Source: Ylistrum balloti (Eukaryota). Taken from it: a stretch of 64,000 nucleotides of DNA. The notes under the pieces are model-generated. The model was not told the origin of the DNA. It did no database searches and worked only from the letters and a program-made list of their open reading frames with translations. Below are positions 24,751-38,289 of the stretch, piece after piece. Within the stretch, counting starts at the first letter, position 1. The number at the start of each line of letters is the position of its first letter. The position numbers were made by a program, and so were the translations under genes. The stretch covers positions 1,054,001 to 1,118,000 of the forward strand of contig NW_026782036.1 in NCBI RefSeq assembly GCF_031769215.1, given 5' to 3'.

Positions 24751-25964
24751 CAGTTGTTTTCTTAACTGCAATAGTTCTAAGTTCTAAAGGGCTTCATTGT
24801 TAAAACCGTGGAGGTAACTATCAAGAAATTAACCGATTTCATATTTCTTTATATTGACTGATTTTAAATGTATGTATATTCTGAGCAGTAATATATGTAC
24901 ACTGGTACACATACTTTTAGCTTTTATCATCTGGTGTATGGTGTCTTGTTAATAAAATTCCGTAGATAACGCCTACCTGATTCAGACACAGCCATCTTAA
25001 TTCTATTAGAACTTTCTGAGAATTTAACATAGATATGTGGAATATATTGATACCAGCAGTATCTCTTTAAACGTTATTGACGTGACTTAAAGAAAAAGTG
25101 CGCTGACATGTTGAAACATACAATGGCCTTTTGCAGATGTACGTTGACCAAAGTTCTCACGCCAAGTACGCTGACTCACACAATCGTCAACGTAGAGGTT
25201 CAAGTCATTATCGTACTTATCATTTTCAAAGCAAAACACAATTTTTTTTATGTTTTTTTTTTTTTTTTTTGGCTTTTTGGAGGTGGGTTTTGTTTGTTTG
25301 GTTTTTATTTTTGTTATGCAACATGACGAATATATGACAGATTATTTCTACGTGGTGAAATAATGAAACTGTAACAAGCCTTCTTTGTAAGAGATAAGGC
25401 CTTATCATTATTTGTGGCTCTCCCAAGAATTTTACCAGACACACCACATGTGAATAACACTTTTCAATAGAAAATTGGTAAATTTAACTGCATTTTAGAA
25501 ATGTTTAGTTTTTCCATGCTCTTGATCACATATATTAAGGGGTGTCAATTCTTATCATGTTCTGAAGGAATATTGCTTTAAATTGCCTGCAATTATATTG
25601 TGGTGTGAGACTTATTTGGATGGCATTTCAGAACATTACTACATTGATCAAATTGGTATCCTCTGTAAAATAGTTTGATGAAACTAAATAAAATTTAAGA
25701 TGTATTTCTATTATTTTAAAGAGTCAATGCATATGATTCGAAATGTGAAGGTATTCAGTGAATAAACAGTTTTAATACAATGCTAAGAAATCAGTATATG
25801 TTGTAATTCAACCAGTTTCCCATGTTTAACTTGCAATGTATATTGACATAAATCTATTCTGAAATGAAATAATGCGTTTGATCATATTCTGTCAAAAATA
25901 TAATTCACTCATATAAAATATGGTATCTGATGCCCCACATCATGTACTTGATTAATAGCAACGT

Positions 25965-27815
25965 ATTTCTAGTGACATTGGATTAAAAGTTTGTTTTTTC
26001 TAGTGGTACTGGATTAACAGTTTGTTTTTCTAGTGTTACTGGATTAACAGATTGTATTTCTAGTGTTACTGGATTAACAGATTGTATTTCTAGTGGTACT
26101 GAATTAACAGTTTGTTTTTCTAGTGGTATTGAATTAACAGTTTGTATTTCTAGTGGTATCGGATTAACAGATTGTATTTCTAGTGGTATTGAATTAACAG
26201 ATTGTATTTCTAGTGGTACTGGATTAACAGATTGTTTTTCTAGTGGTACTGGATTAACAGATTGTATTTCTAGTGGTACTGGATTAACAGTTTGTTTTTC
26301 TAGTGTTACTGGATTAACAGATTGTATTTCTAGTGGTACTGGATTAACAGTTTGTATTTCTAGTGGTACTGGATTAACAGTTTGTTTTTCTAGTGTTACT
26401 GGACTAACAGATTGTATTTCTAGTGGTACTGGATTAACAGATTGTATTTCTAGTGGTACTGGATTAACAGATTGTATTTCTAGTGGTACTGGATTAACAG
26501 TTTGTTTTTCTAGTGGTACTGGATTAACAGATTGTATTTCTAGTGGTACTGGATTAACATATTGTATTTCTAGTGGTACTGGATTAACAGTTTGTTTTTC
26601 TAGTGTTACTGGATTAACATATTGTATTTCTAGTGGTACTGGATTAACAGTTTGTTTTTCTAGTGGTACTGGATTAACAGATTGTATTTCTAGTGGTACT
26701 GGATTAACAGTTTGTTTTTCTAGTGTTACTGGATTAACAGATTGTATTTCTAGTGGTACTGGATTAACAGTTTGTTTTTCTAGTGGTACTGGATTAACAG
26801 TTTGTATTTCTAGTGGTACTGGATTAACATATTGTATTTCTAGTGGTACTGGATTAACAGTTTGTATTTTTAGTGGTACAGGATTAACAGTTTGTTTTTC
26901 TAGTGGTACTGGATTAACAGATTGTATTTTTAGTGGTACAGGATTAACAGATTGTATTTCTAGTGGTATCGGATTAACAGTGTCGTATTTCTAGTGGTAC
27001 TGGATTAACAGTTTGTATTTCTAGTGGTACTGGATTAACAGTTTGTTTTTCTAGTGGTACTGGATTAACAGCTTGTATTTTTAGTGGTACAGGATTAACA
27101 GATTGTATTTCTAGTGGTACTGGATTAACAGATTGTATTTCTAGTGGTACAGGATTAACAGATTGTATTTCTAGTGGTACTGGATTAACAGATTGTATTT
27201 CTAGTGGTACAGGATTAACAGATTGTATTTTTAGTGGTACAGGATTAACAGATTGTATTTTTAGTGGTACAGGATTAACAGATTGTATTTCTAGTGGTAC
27301 TGGATTAACAGTGTCGTATTTCTAGTGGTACTGGATTAACAGATTGTATTTCTAGTGGTACTGGATTAACAGATTGTATTTCTAGTGGTACTGGATTAAC
27401 AGATTGTATTTTTAGTGGTACTGGATTAACAGATTGTATTTCTAGTGGTACTGGATTAACATATTGTATTTCTAGTGGTACTGGATTAACAGATTGTATT
27501 TCTAGTGGTACTGGATTAACAGTTTGTTTTTCTAGTGTTACTGGATTAACAGATTGTATTTTTAGTGGTACAGGATTAACAGATTGTATTTCTAGTGGTA
27601 TCGGATTAACAGTGACGTATTTCTAGTGGTACTGGATTAACAGTTTGTTTTTCTAGTGTTACTGGATTAACAGATTGTATTTCTAGTGGTACTGGATTAA
27701 CAGATTGTATTTCTAGTGGTACTGTATTAACAGTTTGTTTTTCTAGTGGTACTGGATCAATAGTTTGTTTTTCTAGTGGTACTGGATTAACATTTGTATT
27801 TCTAGTGGTATTGGA
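25965..27815. repeat. Satellite, 30-bp unit TTTCTAGTGGTACTGGATTAACAGATTGTA, ~61 copies
   Basis: Two units per 60-nt line over long stretches. Occasional 31-bp variants (GTGTCGTA) shift the register. Confidence 0.98.
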
Positions 27816-28484
27816 TTTACATTAATGTACATAAAGCGGTATTAACAGTAACAGACTTTTATATGGATTTAAATAACAGTAACGTATCAACGTGTCAGTT
27901 AATTAACGTTTTGCCATTTTTTACCTCTAAATGAATTATAGGACGTCACGCAAATAAGCCATTTCTGTTTTACACAGAAAAAAAAATCATTAAACATCCT
28001 TATTTTATGTAGATTAACACAAAAAATATCTCGAGTAGCATTTCATATTCTCAAGACTCAATCTATATTTTCCAGTAGGATCCAAACAAATTATACAATG
28101 ACGTAATCACCAAAGTGGGTAAAGCATTTGTCAAGTTCGCAGTGATATTCTAGGCTCTCACGAGAGGAATTTACGTATTCATAGCAACCATGTGAACCCG
28201 CGAATACTCCCATAGGGGCCGCCAGATGTTTTATAACTGACGTACACTAATGAAAAGCTGGCACTCCCAACAAAACAATATTGGTTGGCGTCAGTGTTCT
28301 TAAGACGTTGTTAAGAGATCAGGTATGGTTATAAAACCGCGGCTTCGGATCCGTTTACATAAATGGACGTATTTTCTGGTCATTTCATAATTTGATTTTA
28401 AAAGTTGGTATTAACATATTTCAATGAATTTATTTCAATATTCAGTAATTTATTTCTTTAATTTGTTTTTGTTTTCATACAAGG

Positions 28485-29100
28485 CTGAACTAATCACAGT
28501 GCTCATCAAAACAAGTCACAATGACCTTGCAAAGTCTTTCAATTTCACTCTCATATATATTGATGACGCATTGTCTTTATATAACAAGAAATTTATTGAT
28601 CATGTCGATCGTATATACTCACCAGGGTTGGAAACCAAAGACACAACATCAGTCGTTTATCTCGATCTTTTCGCACAACCAAACCAGCATGGGCAGCTTT
28701 CCACTGGGATGTGTGATAAGCGGGATAATTGAAATTTCCCTATTGTGAATTTTACATTTCTTCATGGCAACACCCCTGGATCTCCAACCTGGTGTTGACA
28801 TATCGCAGTTGATCCGATATTCAACGACCTGTCCCCATTATCACGATCTTTATGCAAGAAGTAATCAACTGTCGGTTGATCAAAATTACTGAGAAGTTTA
28901 ACGGTCGTTATAGTGATCTCAATATAAAATATTTTATTTCTTTGTGTGATATGAAGTAGGACGTGTTTCAAGCCTGTTGGTTTGCCTGTTGGTAACCTTC
29001 TATCCTTTGAGAACATGACATAACTTACTTGGATTGACTAAGTTACTCGGCGGGTGTCTTCGATGAAGCAGAGGACACTGACTCTTCTGGAACAACTTGT
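28485..29100 (+). mobile_element. Decayed Naiad-like PLE RT C-terminus plus 3' tail
   Basis: ORF 28424-28732 gives DLAKSFNFTLIYIDDALSLYNKKFIDHVDRIYSPGLETKDTT.SVVYLDL..GQLSTGMCDKRDN, then FPIVNF-like and ISQLIR motifs and the conserved tail. Confidence 0.88.
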
Positions 29101-29836
29101 TTTACACACCAATGAAAAGCATCTGTCAATACGAATTTAGAATTATATACAGTAGATCCAATATTAACTAAATTACAGCATACCGCTGATCAATCCTTCT
29201 AGAACTTGTCAGTATTACTGAAGATCAAACGGAGGCCATCCAGGAAAACCAAAACTCATCGAAATGTCATATTCTTTATAGATCATTAAGACATCCACTT
29301 TTCCTGATACAATTACAAATTCAGCTATTCTTATTTTAATCAGGGAAATCATACACCTCCCTATCAATATGTAATCGTATTTTTCAACCAATTTTGATGA
29401 TTTTATAAGTCGCTTTGGCCACATGGTGTTTTGAATTCTAAATTTGTATTGTTTTGATGATAGTTACTATTTACTTTTGTGTCTCTTGTACAAATCTTAA
29501 ACACAATGCTTGATTTACAACTTATATGCATAAAAGACTACTTTGAGTTACCCGATTATTTGGATTGATTTATATAAACATCGGCGACATACCATAAGCC
29601 AGTGTCATTACTTGAGTTCTGTATTTCTATTAATATGTTTACTTCCTGTGGTGTAACCATATATAAATCCATTTATACCCCTTGTATTGTTTTTGTTATT
29701 GGAAATTATTAAATGTCAAGAAAATCGTCAAATGAGTATGTATGTGACGTGTACACAATTTTGGCTGATAAGGTCGCTCTTGACGTGACATTTGTCACCT
29801 GCTTGGACACATATTATGATATTGACAACTTAAAGT

Positions 29837-31398
29837 ATGGAACCGTTTAAAATAACAGCATGGTGCTTTGTAGTAATATCATTTTGTGGTCATAATGTGT
29901 TCGCAAATCACAATGATCCTATAGCTACTTTAGAATATCTGGAATACTGTTTTGATTCTATGGAGAGGGACCTTCTGGAGATTGGGGAGTACATAGAGGT
30001 CATTTCCCATGCATACACGGAAGTATTTCACAGTAAAATGAAAGGTCAACGTGAAGGTAGATAATATTCTAGCACTTTTGCAAAATGTGTCAAATCTTTT
30101 GTAATTTTATTGCTATATGTACTTATAGGTTTCAAAACAAATTAATGTTGTTCATCAGTTAGCTTATACAACGAAAATGTCTTTACGAAGACATAATTGA
30201 GTTTGACATTATCGAAAAATACATATTATTATTAATAACCTATAAAGTCATCGTGCTTTTATTTATTTTAGAGATTTCTACAAACTCGTTGTTTTGTGTT
30301 TTACAATAAATAAATATCCATTGATTTACAGATAAAAGAAACAAAATTCTAACGAATGAAGACTATTCACAAACAAAAGAGCGTAATGGACGTGTGCCCG
30401 CCAATGTCAACGTTTCAATATTGTTTTCTCCAACAATGCGAACCCCGACAACTACAGCAACACCGACCAATCCTCTGACAACGATATCATCAACACCGAC
30501 AACTACACAAATAACAAATACAAAGACAACAATAACTACAACACCAACAACGACAACTACAATACTATCAACTGCAACAACACCGACTACATCTACAACA
30601 AGACCAATTACAGATACAACAACACCAACTACAACTACAACACCAACTACAACAACAACACCAAGTACAACAACAACTACAACAACACAAACTACAACGC
30701 CAACTACAACAACACCAACTACAACAACAACTACAACAACAACACCAACTACAACAACACCAACTACAACAACTTCAACAAAAACAACTACAACACCAAC
30801 TACAACAACAACACCAACTACAACTACAACACCACCTACAACAACACCAACTACCTCAACAACCCCAACTACAACAACAACACCAACAACAACAACACCA
30901 ACTACCACAACAACACCGACTACAACAACAACACCAACAACAACTACAACACCAACTACTACCACATTACCCACTACCACTGAACGCATCATCCCACCGG
31001 TTGTGTTCCAAGCGTCGCTTACAAATGTATATCCTATAATGAGTTCCAAACAGGTTATAGTGTTCGACCGGGTGATCACCAATGTCGGTCACGCATACGA
31101 CAGTAATTTTGGACTGTTCAAGGTACCGTACAATGGTGTATACGAATTCATAGTGACTGTGGCTGCAGCTAAAAACCACTTTGTAGATGTGATGTTGGTG
31201 CAGAATGCTGCCATCCTTTGTAAGGCTCATGCAGCATTATCTGATCAGGGTATTGGCATTTGTGTGGCAATTGTGCATGCTACAAAAGATGATGATATAT
31301 TTGTTCGTCACTTCAATGGGAAAGGGTCACATTTGACTGGACAGAATGGCTATTCGCCCTTTTCAGGACATTTGATCAGTGCAGATGTTATCAACTAA
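29837..31398 (+). CDS. Mucin-stalked C1q-domain protein C (signal peptide, helical segment, ~185-aa Thr/Pro-rich region, gC1q). Exons 29837-30056 and 30332-31398
   Basis: Exon 1 MEPFKITAWCFVVISFCGHNVFA..; phase-1 donor G|GTAGAT and acceptor TTTACAG|AT keep frame into ORF 30394-31398. That ORF has (PTTTT)n, then VVFQASL, VFDRVITNVGHAYDSNFGLFKVPYNGVYEF and SPFSGHLI. Confidence 0.92.
30430..30985 (+). repeat. Coding ACA/ACT-rich tandem repeat encoding the PTTTT mucin-like stalk
   Basis: Imperfect ACACCAACTACAACA units, frame preserved throughout. Confidence 0.9.
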
Positions 31399-31881
31399 TA
31401 TCCAATAAAATATTTTATTCACTCATCAAACTTGTGTTCAATTATTATACTCTGAATTCGTGTCATATCGTCTATCGGCACAGTCATCATATAATCAAAT
31501 ATCACATATCATGATTACATGATGACTTCATAGCTATATTGCTTCAAAATTAATCTTCTTGCCATAAGGAATTTATTCTGTTTAGAAAAAACGTACCAGT
31601 TTCGTCACTGAAAACGTAATGAATTTGAAAAAGCATATTTTTAATCTACAGGTTTGTTTAGTCACAACGATGAATGACGGTGATCTATCACATGATGTAA
31701 GTGACATAGAATGGAAACATTTGTTATCGACTCGCCATAATTATGTTAGAAGGGAAAGTTTAGCACTTGCCGGCACTTGCTGTGGTCTTATCTCTGAAAG
31801 ATAGTGACACCGACGAGGTCACAAAGATTCCTTACATGAACATTTAGCCTTACAATTTCAATTCTGCTTTATGATTTCAAA

Positions 31882-33163
31882 ATGGTGGTCGTAAAAGTTT
31901 TGTTGGTAATCACTCTGTATATGCTAAGTGCATGTAACTGTTCCTTTTTAAACAGTGAATTAGCGGAGAGGTTAGATAAACTCGAGGCTCTGTATGAAAG
32001 ATATGAGAATCTGATTAGTAAGAACAGTAATGAGCTACAAGGACTGCTCGAAAAAGCAAGGGCGAAAGCGCAGCCAATGAAAACTGAAGATGAAAACCAG
32101 GATGAACAGGAAGTCAACACTGACGTGCAGCCGGCAAACAATGTCAACAAAAGACGTGAGATCAATTAATTCATTTTTTTTATTTTTATTTTTATTTCTT
32201 ATTTATTTTTTTCTCTTATATTTGAGTTACAGTTTTGTTGTCTTAAACGACTTTAAGTAAAAGAGAGAAAAAAGTGAAAATGAATCTAGTAACTGATCGG
32301 TCCACGTAATAATTTTCTCGTGAACCGTTAAACAGCGATTCTTTTACTTATATGATATCAGACATTGACAGATATTGTGTTTTTAAGTTCAAACTAAACT
32401 TTCTGACATAGTCAGATAAAATGAGAATGGTTATTAGGGCCTTTAGTAGAAATACATATTTTGAACAGATACATGTATACAAAAATATGCAACTTTTCGA
32501 TAATAATGGCCTCAATGTCAAGAGACTTTATAATCAAGTCAGAAACTACATACCCTATTGTTTTCTGTTGGTTTTCCTCTAGTTGACAACCCATGTATCT
32601 AAGCAATGCACTCAGTTATAATATCAACTTTGCTGTATATTTTGCGTTTCATACCTTAAACAATATTTTTTACAGCATTGAGCGAGTGGATATATTTTTA
32701 CCTACACGCTTTTTCATTATCTTATATAGAGATACTGACCACCGCCTCCCCGTTGTCCCATCCATCCACCCCATTGGTGTTCCATGCAACCCTAACTAAC
32801 TCATACAGCATCATGAGCCCTAAACAGACCATCGTGTACAACACTGTCATCACCAACGTCGGTAATGCGTATGATTCTAACTTTGGTGTGTTTAAGGCGC
32901 CCTTTTCTGGACTCTATGAGTTCATAGCAACCATTTCTGCTTACACTAATTATTATGTCGACGTTGAAATGGTTCTCAACAACCGGATGTTATGCCGTGC
33001 GCATGCCGGAGCTCCCAACATGGATATCGGCATGTGTGTTTCCATGGTTCATCTCAATACCGGAGATGACGTATTTGTACGTCATTACAACGGAAGAGGA
33101 ACGTATATCTACGGAGGGTACAGATACCCTTCATTTTCTGGGCATTTAATAGTGAAAGATTAA
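31882..33163 (+). CDS. C1q-domain-containing secreted protein D. Exons 31882-32155 and 32730-33163
   Basis: Exon 1 MVVVKVLLVITLYMLSACNC..ERLDKLEALYERYE..NVNKR; phase-1 donor C|GTGAGA and acceptor TATATAG|AG give KRQILTT. gC1q has LVFHATL, VITNVGNAYDSNFGVFKAPFSGLYEF and PSFSGHLI. Confidence 0.93.
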
Positions 33164-34700
33164 TTGTATTTCGCAAAACAATAAATGAATTAACAGCTAA
33201 AAGCATAGTGATGTCATTGTCTTTTTAATTTTCTTTTCAATGTTTGGCATCATGCTGACTTGAGTGTCTTTCAAACATCAGACTCTGAATATTTCTGGTA
33301 TTCCTTTGAAGTGGCAAGAAAATATATATTGTATACATAATGTATGTTGTTTCGATGACTACGACATTACATTTCATCTTCATCACAAACGAAGATATGT
33401 GCTGATGATTGAAGGTATGGCCAAATCGACATAATTTAATGTTGATACAGAAACGCCATATTCTGGCTAATTCCATTGTCTAGAACAGAGTGAATAGCAT
33501 TCCGTATACAAAACAACTAGTTAGAAAACAGTTTGGTTAATTTCTAATGGGTTAGCTGTGTTAACTTACTAATTGTACTCTTTATGAACGCTGTATGCTC
33601 TGCTCTAGATTATGGAATTCAGACAGTCTCAGTATCACAGCGTGACTAGGTATTTAGATACGTCACTCTACACTTACATTCACAAACCATGTGGGAAAAG
33701 GTATCAACATAACAACTGCAATATATGGCGAATGAAACGTGTACACTTCAAATCATAAACGGATTTTCAGATGCAGGCTCTTTTTCTTTTAATATTAATA
33801 TTGACAACGAAGCTTACGTGATTCAGTTTTCATAGCATTTTAGATCTAGAGTGATCGATCGTGATAAAATTCAACCATAAGACCATTCAGGTCGACATTG
33901 AAATTGATGAATGTAGGTGACATTTTGTATTATCTCACACGAAAGTGTTGCTTTTGCTCTACAGACATCGTCTCCTTCAAGAATTTATGTATGATAGAAT
34001 TCAGCACATTTTGGGATTTTGGATTTCTAGAACATCTACCTTAGAGTCATGGCTTTCAACAGTGATAATCTAGAGTCTATATGTGGATGACTTGACTGAA
34101 AATTCCAACACCGACACTTATAGAAACCTGCCTACGGCATGTCTGTCATACTATACCTACCTGTGTTAAATTTGGTACCAAAAATGTTCCACCGTCTGTG
34201 TAATTTTTCCGAATAGATATGAATTAGATTTTATAAATACGTATGTAACCTGTGGAAACTTTCTTTCAAATGTTTTATCTAGTTGGCTTTACTATCAACA
34301 ATATACCAGATCTTTTCTTTATTAATTGTAAATAATTTTGAACTCTAACGCATCCACAGTGCTTTATTCCATGACTATATTTTCATATTAAGTCCCAAGC
34401 AACACTGACTAGTGTTAAAAACCGAAAATGAAAAGTGCGTGTATTTTCTTGTCTTTTGCACCATCCTTCAAGTCTGTTTTTATTTATTAATTTTTTTATT
34501 CAATTTCCAAGTGGGTTTTTTTTATCATTTATTCATTTTAAAAGTGGCACGGTTCAGAATATATACGTGCACTTGACATTCTTCTGAAATTTTATTGAAA
34601 ATTATTATGTTGATTGAATTTCGGCTGTTAGTATATCTCCTCTGGTTTTGGACATTCATTTTGATCAACTTGGTTCCTCTTTGTCTCCTAGACATTAACA

Positions 34701-34758
34701 AGTTAGGCCTTAAGCATCACCGATTATGACCTAGAAGGACGAAACAGCTCTATGGTGC
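34701..34758 (+). ncRNA. Degenerate minimal type I hammerhead ribozyme copy (core mutated, probably inactive)
   Basis: GCATCA-CCGATTA-TGACC-TAGAA-GGAC-GAAA-CAGCTC-TA-TGGTGC, homologous to 36431-36481. Confidence 0.65.
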
Positions 34759-35637
34759 CGATTCCTAAACTTTATTTTGCAGAATGTATAGTTGAACAAG
34801 CTAAAACCATCGTTGGTTCCATGATTAAAATCAAAAAAGAAAAATTTTACAAGGATATTTCTCGCAAACACAGAACAAACATATGTGTTCCAGGAGGCAT
34901 TATCAGTGGCACCAGTCATGAATGACTGTGGTTAGCGGAAAAGAGGACATATTTCCGCTCGTCTTCTTTTGCTTTAATCAAGAATTTGATATTAAAAGTA
35001 GTAAACAAAGAATAAAGACTTTTCTAAGTCCTTCAGTTCCATCTTTTGTAAAGAAACGTTGTGATATTATTTCGACCACAACAAATATATCAGTTATATC
35101 ACGGTTTATGTACCAGTGTGGAGCTTTGTGCGAGATATTATTACTTTTCACTATATCTATGGATTTGTTGTTACTACATTGTGCCTCGCTTCTTATTTCG
35201 AAAACATAACATTTCATATGATTGCCTGGCTTTGAATTACTCTTATATCTATATTTCATATTCATCCTCCTATCCATAAGTCGTCCTTGTTTACTTGATT
35301 TGGAGTCTGGATTTTTGCTTACACATAGATTTTTTTCTTTTGTACAAAATAATGACAAAAATAATCAGCTCATTTTTCATTCCTTTGATAAGTCATTATA
35401 CACGATGAAATAGTGATGCACTTAAGATTTTTTTATTCCCATAAAAATATCTCTCATAATATAGTCTGAATATGGGAGAATTGGAACAATGTTTAAGACT
35501 ATCGTATATGGGGGTTGTTTTTCCCTACCATGTAACTGGAGGTCATCAACACACAGAAGGGAAACAAAAAAAACAATCAGGTTCGCTCTTTATTCGACTG
35601 TAATAATACATATGAATTCCTATATTTTATTTTTTCA

Positions 35638-37204
35638 TTAATTATTTATGAGGTGTCCAGAAAAAGATGAATATTTTCCACCAGCCAGTACCTGGTGGGT
35701 ACGACGGTTATGTCTGACCCGAACGGATTCGTTTTCTTCTAAAGTAACAAACGCAACACAAAGTCCCATGGACGAATGAGATGTGCCCGCGCGAGAATTA
35801 CAGATTGTATAGGGGTAGTGGGAGGATCGGACCATTTCTACGTCCGTGGAGTTTCCGTCGGTCGCCATCACGGTAGCCATAAGTTGATAGTTTCCCTGAC
35901 GAGGAGCGGTGAATATTCCGGTAGAACTGTTGTAACCGTTCCCTATATTAGTGTGTACCACGTCAAAGGTAATGACTTCGTCAACCGAGCTAAATTCCCT
36001 CTGATTTTGCATCCTTGCGTGGAAGGCGATCTGGGCAGCTGCTGTATCACAAGCTGTGTTTTATAGAAATATGATTATGAGTGAATGATTTTGGAAAATA
36101 ATATAAAACAGTAAATATTTTTACAACGTTAATAATGAATAGTTTCTTTAATTACACTGGGGCTAACTTGCTTCCACTTTCTACCTTACAATAGTGACAA
36201 TAGCGAAACGCTGTTGTTGGTGCCTCGATATCTCCCATAAACTCGCGTTAATATTGAATCATCCTAAGAATCATGACCTGTAGTGTTTGATTGCGATGTT
36301 ATGATATTATCAGATATATGAAAATTGCGAAATTCCATTATGGGGCTAGTGATCTTTCCCATCTTGATTTTTAAATTTCTTTCTATCGGATCTTATTTTC
36401 CTTTGTCACCTCCTAGGCTCCAAATTTTAGGCCCTTATCATCACTGATGAGTCCTAGACGGACGAAATAACTGTATGATGCAGTTTCATTCGTTGTTTGG
36501 CTCTACTGTATATTACCCTAAATTTGTATGAAGAAGTACGTTTGACTGGTGTGTCTTTTGTACAATTTTAACATGCTCATGACACCTTCAAGTAGTGGCT
36601 CGGTGTAGTTGACTCTTTTTAAATCATTCAATACCGAGAATTTTATAGATTTAAAGCGCATTCTCCCATATTTTCTCATCTATTTCGATCAGTTTTAATT
36701 TTCCGAACTTGCCTTCTCGAATTTCACATTCGAACTCACAGCATCACTGACTAGCCATAAAATAGGGACCCTTACAATGAGAAGTATCGTACATTTGGTT
36801 GAACAAACCTTTGGGATACTAAAGACGTTGAGGTATATACGATATAATATTGTAGCTATAACATTATGATGGTTACATGTTACATTTATCCTAATCTTAG
36901 ACATAATAATTGTAGGATTCGAATGTATCAATATTACAGAAATTTAAACACCGATATTTATGGCATTACCCAATTGTCTCTTTCTCATTGACTGATCCGA
37001 AGAATTATCCTCATCTTCGTGTAGAACGTCCCGGAAGATCTCAAGTAGATGTTTGGCCTTTTTTCTGTAAATATTGATCTCTGCCTCAAGTTTGGCACGT
37101 TCGTCTTCAAGGGCCTTCAATCTATCAGCTAGATCTGTGTTACTGTTCTCAGCAGCAACATAACACCCTAACATACACACCAACACTACACCGAAAGTTT
37201 TCAT
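35638..37204 (-). CDS. C1q-domain-containing secreted protein E. Exons 36970-37204 and 35638-36053
   Basis: Exon 1 MKTFGVVLVCMLGCYVAA..DRLKALEDERAKLEAEI..MRKRQL; donor G|GTAATG and acceptor ACACAG|CT give ACDTAAAQIAFHARMQ. gC1q has TFDVVHTNIGNGYNSSTGIFTAPRQGNYQL and SSFSGHLI. Confidence 0.93.
36439..36480 (+). ncRNA. Minimal type I hammerhead ribozyme with intact catalytic core, antisense within the intron of C1qDC E
   Basis: Stem I CATCA (36439-43) / TGATG (36476-80); core CTGATGA (36444-50); stem II GTCC-TAGAC-GGAC; GAAA (36464-67); short stem III TAACTG; cleavage triplet GUA ending at 36475. Confidence 0.8.
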
Positions 37205-37929
37205 TGTGAAAAATGTTGAAGTTGTGATACGAACGAGATATAAAGAGGCTCTAACGCTATCGAAGTTGACGACGATCAAATACTCTTATCAAAACGAATA
37301 CATCGGGTTAAAGATAACGTGTGTAGTGTCTTAACGTTAGTGTCAATCACACGGGTCATTTACAGGACTGTACAATCGACACGCACCTTTACAAGAATTA
37401 GGTGCAGTAGAGTCAAACAATAATAACGTCTCTTGAAAACAGGTACCTACATATAATTAATGCTTAACCTGCAATAGACTATATTTTCTCTCTATCTTTT
37501 TATTTATTGTTATTGTGATAATTGATAATTTTGATTATAAAGGAAGAATTACACAAAGTCATTTTAATAAGCCATATTGTTTACAAGTTTAGGTAATATA
37601 TTATTATCCCAATATGATGAATCTATCCACATAAATTTAATTCCGCGGCGCCATCGGAGAACTTGTTATTACGACATGTGATAAAGAAAAAAAGAATTCA
37701 TGATAAATCGCTTTAAGATTTGTTGCAAACCTAGTTATGGCATATATAGCACAATATGTCGACACAGTTATCGATCTTGTAACATGGAATCAATTAATTC
37801 TCGTCAAGATCGCGTTAAAAAACGAAAATAATGACATATCGAAACATTAATTTAAAAAAAATAGAAATCATTGAAACCAGTGCTAAGTATGAAAAATATG
37901 AGATATGTGGAGACCTTCGACAAAATACA

Positions 37930-37985
37930 AAGAAAACAAGAAAGCGTTCCGGGAGGGTGAGCGTCTTCTGATTATTGGTGAAATA
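37930..37985 (-). mobile_element. Short Naiad-like PLE tail fragment, minus strand
   Basis: Reverse complement reads CAGAAGACGCTCACCCTCCCGGAAC, matching the conserved tail core. Confidence 0.55.
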
Positions 37986-38289
37986 ATGCCACGTTCAAAA
38001 TTAATGAGAACCAGGTCTATAACAACACAGCCACAATGGTTATCATTGAGTCTCTAGCAAATTAACTTCATACCACATAATCTATTAGAATATCCCCGAT
38101 AAAATAATGTTTCATCAACATGTATCTCCGTCATCAACATCAATCGCGGAAAGCGTGATGCTGAGAACAAACGTTGAAATATTGAATCAACTGCAGATTG
38201 TATGCGAACATGTCAATTACAGTTTTTTAACAAACATTATTGACTGTATGTATCAAAATACCAACCCTCAACCAAATTTACTGCCATAT

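Noticed and set aside
30363-31082. 239-aa poly-Val minus-strand ORF
   Set aside because: Reverse complement of the Thr-rich (ACA) coding repeat.
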